Part shown: positions 60,301-64,000 of the stretch, in pieces
Position numbering within the stretch: the first letter of the stretch is position 1
How the letters are laid out: every line of letters starts with the position of its first letter
DNA from: Ostreococcus lucimarinus
Lineage: Eukaryota
Length of the DNA: 64,000 nt
Assembly (NCBI GenBank): GCA_000092065.1
Contig: CP000584.1
Reading direction: 5' to 3' (one strand)
Made by a program: the position numbers and the translations under genes
The notes under the pieces: generated by a model
Database searches by the model: none
What the model was told of the DNA's origin: nothing
What the model saw: the letters and a program-made list of their open reading frames with translations, nothing else

Positions 60301-60751
60301 CGACATCATTTGCTCTGGCATCGAGGCGCAGTTCTTCCAAAGTGTCAGCGCTGGCGCGGACAGTCTATCGGCTACGACGGATGAGGAATGTTTCAATGGC
60401 GCGACGGAATTCAAAGCCATGTTCGCCGACACCTTCACCGGGTATTACGACGAAAACAGCGGCGAGTGCCGACTGCGCCAACGCGGCAGCATCAACGCCG
60501 CCGGTCAATACGTCGAAATCCCCAAACCCGATGTTAACGTTGCCTTCACCACCGTCGTGCTCGGTGACAAGGATTGTGTCAGTCCCGTCTCGCTCTACGA
60601 ATACTCCGCCCGCGAGTCTTGGCTCTCGGACGCACAGATGGCTACTTTAACCAGCAAAACGTGCGCGGCGCCGGCTGACGGCGACGGCGACTTTGTCACG
60701 TCGTCGTGTTCGGCATGCGACACCGCCCGCGCGCAGGGCTGCCACTCATAG
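57386..60751 (+). CDS. large secreted/type-II Cys-rich protein of unknown function (paralog A)
   Basis: ATG at 57386. N-terminal hydrophobic signal/anchor VAVFAATAIVAYAVAGVA. The architecture continues: acidic region, Cys-rich modules, a Cys/Arg/Trp-rich block (CRCRCRRWRCRCSCHTRWCRRCW), a long D/N/K/I-rich helical region and a C-terminal beta-rich domain. Domain-by-domain similarity to the convergent gene at 60890..64000. Confidence 0.7.
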   Translation: MTSSSKGSRDGGVARRVAVFAATAIVAYAVAGVATTREGLARVVLSTTKTNDGRAPMWAKEGHAPLKAFFNDAMADAPTGLTRDERRAARALRAARKAARAGNGQSETTFTLSKSWKLHRLAKLGITEVLTDDDEEPNALSDVSFTSAQTKGAQTAFDFSEEEAEAAPQNQTEDFLADNYDAEEKIETSVDSVITSSPDAVFAAQFGNHTCVQQCADDADVAQIIGGSGCTALQANDNVFKCLNEKCSCEEAVALHETLLYVCDANEVGKNFSFVRLNQFYVDTLDDAIDECQVTDLLDSVVSSQNTYCDSNEDQDSTISNVTAAALGQGCHRGGDRPKVANCIVHKYYFARCDYWAGCRRGCNSWDYPIRWKHCGWCCHRCVNFPCGVHCRCRCRRWRCRCSCHTRWCRRCWHLPTYRPRCRKDRYYRQNKCDICSPGYRVTRNGRCQLYGWIQAIVDGINAVKQGIKYIKNVIPNTIDNIKNMFTNVKTQANTAVTKLTELADQIAQKVTDLADEVVSSVIFIKPATFLQAIESALLSCDNAQSALGSTKISAHEATSLGLLDPANSHVLEEKLGDIFGKSRSGVSPIQEWRSDDTSSLGVGQCVAHCGAGMCLPTTIPAMTYETPDHGMPFPDSIHLVKYKPDAVIVNVAANPVSVCVKMTEFSIPTTAAESIVNALVDQIKPILLAGVDEVKQWGKNAAKGMKNAAVAVEDGANDMAGFVQGIPDKLNNLVGRRRLLADATPSDQDLIDVSFALGRLMAQQNRLREKTEADVRLSLDELRARLQALPHFSHAHPTHKGAANHATANLGGNFLSDASDGLVNAMKLAFQDMKNMKMIARSTLVLDLNVEFNTDATAYRFDDLLNNGEGYTMMIDQSIPIGLGFTIAITGRLDVKMPYYFIAESAGNFAYNVASNDFWVEFGSDEGSGVLRLNDNPQVTITPSGTGQSSVSFKVSTTLRASDFKVSVCFGDIICSGIEAQFFQSVSAGADSLSATTDEECFNGATEFKAMFADTFTGYYDENSGECRLRQRGSINAAGQYVEIPKPDVNVAFTTVVLGDKDCVSPVSLYEYSARESWLSDAQMATLTSKTCAAPADGDGDFVTSSCSACDTARAQGCHS

Positions 60752-60889
60752 CGTTGTGACGCACAATTTTCACACGCGCAAAGATCTCGATTGCGCTTTT
60801 CATTTCGTCTATCCTACGGTGTAATGAAATATTCAGTAGTGCACACTTTTGATTAAAACGTGAAAATTGGCCCTGCGCGCACGAAACGG

Positions 60890-63800
60890 CTAGGCGTAGA
60901 TCGGGCAGTCGGTCGGACACGCGTCGACAGCGGCGCCACAATCCTCCACAGGATCTGTGCTGGCAGCGCACGACGTCGAATGGCTGGATCTATACTGTGC
61001 GCGGCTCGTCATGTCCAAGAGCGACAGAGGCTGGACGCACTCGGTGTCGCCGCGTACTTCGGTGATAATATCGGTAGTCACGAACGGTTTGGGATACTCG
61101 ACGTACAAGCCGGCGCCGACGACGTTGGCACTTGCGCTGCATTGGTTTGAAGTTGTCGGGTAGGACGTGAGGAATTCGCCAAAGACGGGAGACAAACCGG
61201 TGCGTCCGTTGTAACAAGAGGAGTCCGTGGACGCGCCGACCCCGTCGTTTAGAACGGAATCCGCGCCGAATTGAATCCCTTGTTTGATTGTGACTTCGGG
61301 GCCGATGCAGATGATGCCGCCCCAGCAGAGTTTGATGTGGAATTCTTCGAGCGCTGCCACGACGCCGACCTTGAGGCTCGAGGAAATCGTGCCGTCGATC
61401 GTCGGCGTGATGTCCAAGCTTGCCGAAGACTTAGGCGCGACGGTGGCGACGCCGTCGGAGATGCTCACCGTGTAACCAACATTTTTACCCTTGATCTTGT
61501 ACCCGAGCTTTCCGCTGCCTTCTGCGAGCAAGAAATATGGGAGTTGAACTTTCGCGACGCCTCCGACGACCAAAACGAATCCAGTCGGGCCGATGGGTGT
61601 GATCTTGAACAATTCCTGATTGGCTTGGCCGTCAAGGAGATCACCTTCTTGAAAGAGAGCTCCTTTGGCGTCGAATTCCAATGTTTGCTCAAAATCGACG
61701 TCGAAAGAAACGCCAGTGGAGATCGTATTCAAGGCGCCTCGAAGAACTGATATGATACCGTCCTCGATGACGCTGAAGTCGAGCTTGAATCCGCCGAGGT
61801 GGGCGATGTCTCGGCGCGCTCTAGATTTGGGATCCGCCATAGGTTTCATGTTGTGCATGTGCGGATCATTCGAAACCAAGTTATGAATTTCGGCAATAGC
61901 GCTCAACGCCTTCTTCTGCATCAAGTTGACGCGTTGGATGTACTCCTCGACGATGTGTCCAAGCACCAGCGCTCGTTCGTGTTTGGTTAGTTGCTCGAAT
62001 TCTTGCGTGTCACCAGACAAGAGCTTACGTCCAAAGCCCGGGACGTTAATGTTTGCGACGGTCGATTTCACCGACGAAAAGATGTCCGTGAGCGATTCGC
62101 CGATTTCGTTCACGAAGTCGGTGATTCCATCGGCCCAACCCGTGATGGCTTTGACTGCGTCATCGACGATCGGCTCGACAACTTTGACGAACTCAAGTGC
62201 GACGTCGTTCAACACACTCATGTCCAACCCAAAATGCGTTACCCCGGCGCATGCTTTGATGTTGCCATCGACAAATGCCTTGACGTAATCGGGTTGGAAA
62301 CGCTCAAACCGAGGCTCGTCCGGGACAGAGCTCGTTTTGGTGAGTGAGAAAACGCCATCTGAGTAATCTGGGTGCTTTTTTAGGATGTCCTTGACGTCGA
62401 GCTGGTAGCACAGCGCGCCTGCGCAAAGATTGTGACTGCACGAACCTCCGAGTGGAGCGCTTTCAGAAGGTGCGGCGTAGTGCGATGCGATTTCCACACC
62501 GTATACTGCCTCCAACACGCGCTTGCGCACGTCGTGGTGCCGCCTCGACTTCACTGTTTTTCGATCGGCGCCCAAAGACGCGCTGTCGTCGTTGTTGCAT
62601 CCCGCAGCCTGACTGAGTCCGTTCATGAGGGCGTTGGCATTCGGCACAACGGCTGACACTTCGTCATAAACCAAATCGGCGAGTTTTGAGCCGAGATCTG
62701 CGAGGTCACCCGCGAGAGACGCGATCGCGTTCCCGATGCCGTGTATGTCTTCGATGAGATCATTCTTGAAATCGTTTATGGTATCCAAACCATCGTCGAT
62801 CTTGTTCTTCAAAGAGTCCAGCTCTGACGCCCAGTCGTCCCAGAATGCTCCGAGTGCAGCTACGCGAAGCTTAGCTCCGAGCTCAGGGTCCGACGTATCG
62901 ATCGACGCTTTGAACATCTCTTCAGCTTGCTTCAAGTCCTCATCCGTCATGTTGAAGTCTTTCTTCAAAGCTTCAGTATCCTCGACGCACGCCCCGGAGC
63001 TGTCCATCTTGAAATATTGATCGCACGAGTCGCACTCACGCGTCTCGCTGTTCATCAACCAGCCGTACTCGCACTCGATGCACTCACCTTTGCGGGTTCC
63101 TTCGTACGCGCACGGCATGGAGTATGCTTCATGCGTGCTCGTGCAAATCCTACGTGTCCAAGTGCAGCGAGAACACGTATCACCATCGCACGTATCGCAG
63201 GTGTATGCCGGGCAGCTCCATTTCTCTGTCGTGCTGCCGTGTACACGAAGAATACCCGTGCGCGACGAGTTGGCGCCGCACATTGGTGCCTCATATGAGC
63301 AAGTAGAGATGACGTTAGCTTGAGCGACGCAGTGCGCCGGCGCCGGATCATCCGCTGGCAACGAGCAGGGCGCGGCCTTAATATTGCCAGAGTCGTCCGT
63401 GTCTCGGATAGGGGTCAGAATGCTGAGCACACTGTGAGCCTTTCCACAGTGCGCTTCGACCGCCGAGACGGTTTCGTCCAGAAAATTGGCGTATTCGGGG
63501 CCGTTAAACTTTCCGTCCGCCTTCATCGGCGCGTCGCAAATGTAAAACAACGCCTCGATGAGTTGATACGATTCGTGACAACCGCACGCGTCGTGAATGC
63601 ACGAGATGAGCTCGTCATTGTCACTACTCACGGCGTGATCGCACGTCGACTCGACGTCAATGTCGCCGCCGCACGTCGCCGCGCACGGGAACGTCAACTT
63701 TAAATCGGAAAATATCCTACCCGGCGACGTCGCATCGTACGAATTCACCTGATTGTACATAATATCCGTTTCCGTATCGTCGGACGGATCGCCCACGACG

Positions 63801-64000
63801 TTCCCAGAGCCCTCGGTTGAGATTACCAGCGCGTCCGCGTCGACGTTCGCGCTCGCCGTCGTCCCCAAGCTCGGCGCGCTCGGCGTCGACCACGCCGTCG
63901 TCTCCGGCCTCGCCGCTGTCGTCGTCGTTGGAATCCATCGTCCCACGCTCATCTTCCACGTCGTTTCCCCGCCGTCGAGCGCGAGCGCGACGCCCACGGT
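60890..64000 (-). CDS. large secreted Cys-rich protein of unknown function (paralog B), N-terminus truncated by window end
   Basis: The ORF is open to the window edge (no start inside the window). It is colinear with paralog A (e.g. AKVQLPYFLLAEGSGKLGYKI vs LDVKMPYYFIAESAGNFAYNV; LCWGGIICIGPEV vs VCFGDIICSGIEA; YVEYPKPFVTTDII vs YVEIPKPDVNVAFT). Confidence 0.7.
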   Translation of the reverse strand, partial: TVGVALALDGGETTWKMSVGRWIPTTTTAARPETTAWSTPSAPSLGTTASANVDADALVISTEGSGNVVGDPSDDTETDIMYNQVNSYDATSPGRIFSDLKLTFPCAATCGGDIDVESTCDHAVSSDNDELISCIHDACGCHESYQLIEALFYICDAPMKADGKFNGPEYANFLDETVSAVEAHCGKAHSVLSILTPIRDTDDSGNIKAAPCSLPADDPAPAHCVAQANVISTCSYEAPMCGANSSRTGILRVHGSTTEKWSCPAYTCDTCDGDTCSRCTWTRRICTSTHEAYSMPCAYEGTRKGECIECEYGWLMNSETRECDSCDQYFKMDSSGACVEDTEALKKDFNMTDEDLKQAEEMFKASIDTSDPELGAKLRVAALGAFWDDWASELDSLKNKIDDGLDTINDFKNDLIEDIHGIGNAIASLAGDLADLGSKLADLVYDEVSAVVPNANALMNGLSQAAGCNNDDSASLGADRKTVKSRRHHDVRKRVLEAVYGVEIASHYAAPSESAPLGGSCSHNLCAGALCYQLDVKDILKKHPDYSDGVFSLTKTSSVPDEPRFERFQPDYVKAFVDGNIKACAGVTHFGLDMSVLNDVALEFVKVVEPIVDDAVKAITGWADGITDFVNEIGESLTDIFSSVKSTVANINVPGFGRKLLSGDTQEFEQLTKHERALVLGHIVEEYIQRVNLMQKKALSAIAEIHNLVSNDPHMHNMKPMADPKSRARRDIAHLGGFKLDFSVIEDGIISVLRGALNTISTGVSFDVDFEQTLEFDAKGALFQEGDLLDGQANQELFKITPIGPTGFVLVVGGVAKVQLPYFLLAEGSGKLGYKIKGKNVGYTVSISDGVATVAPKSSASLDITPTIDGTISSSLKVGVVAALEEFHIKLCWGGIICIGPEVTIKQGIQFGADSVLNDGVGASTDSSCYNGRTGLSPVFGEFLTSYPTTSNQCSASANVVGAGLYVEYPKPFVTTDIITEVRGDTECVQPLSLLDMTSRAQYRSSHSTSCAASTDPVEDCGAAVDACPTDCPIYA

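Noticed and set aside
1-64000. tRNA / rRNA genes
   Set aside because: I scanned for T-loop-like GGTTCGAATCC/GTTCGA motifs and for rDNA-like conserved stretches and found none. They cannot be excluded without tRNAscan or Infernal.

Overview
This is GC-rich (~65%), very gene-dense nuclear DNA that looks like a picoprasinophyte green alga (Micromonas-like). About 40 protein-coding genes lie on both strands, with spacers of roughly 100-400 bp. Many spacers are bidirectional promoters full of (GAC)n/(GTC)n and other short tandem repeats. Convergent gene pairs share short AT-richer 3' regions. Most genes are single-exon. I could reconstruct 8-10 short introns (66-287 nt) by eye. They share an unusually stereotyped signal set: a GTGCG[T/C] donor in most, a GACTGAC branch motif 22-38 nt upstream of a CGCAG-type acceptor, and larger shared blocks. 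This suggests an introner-like repeat family. Several gene models only make sense once these introns are removed: MCM5 with a 7-nt first exon, the kinesin-5 first exon, SMC2, a methyltransferase, a CDCA7-like gene, GSK3 and two small membrane proteins. Identified genes include a DHHC palmitoyltransferase, an ADF-H protein, tryptophan synthase alpha, PFK, GINS Sld5, bacterial-type IleRS, p23, GSK3, MCM5, kinesin-5, CUL4, RecQ, a CDCA7-like zf-4CXXC_R1 plus chromo-domain protein, MCTP, PP2A-B55, RHD3/Sey1, SMC2, a PPR protein, an IQ+AAA (DRC11-like) protein, a thioredoxin/PDI-like protein, an ANK+CCCH protein, a SIP-like aquaporin and a KH/RGG protein. The 3' end carries two convergent paralogous genes for ~1000-1100 aa secreted, Cys-rich proteins of unknown function; the second is truncated by the window edge. 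No rRNA, tRNA or CRISPR was recognised. The supplied ORF track calls GTG/TTG/CTG as starts, so many listed M residues are not ATG. Many long Arg/Pro/Ala-rich antisense ORFs are GC-composition artefacts.
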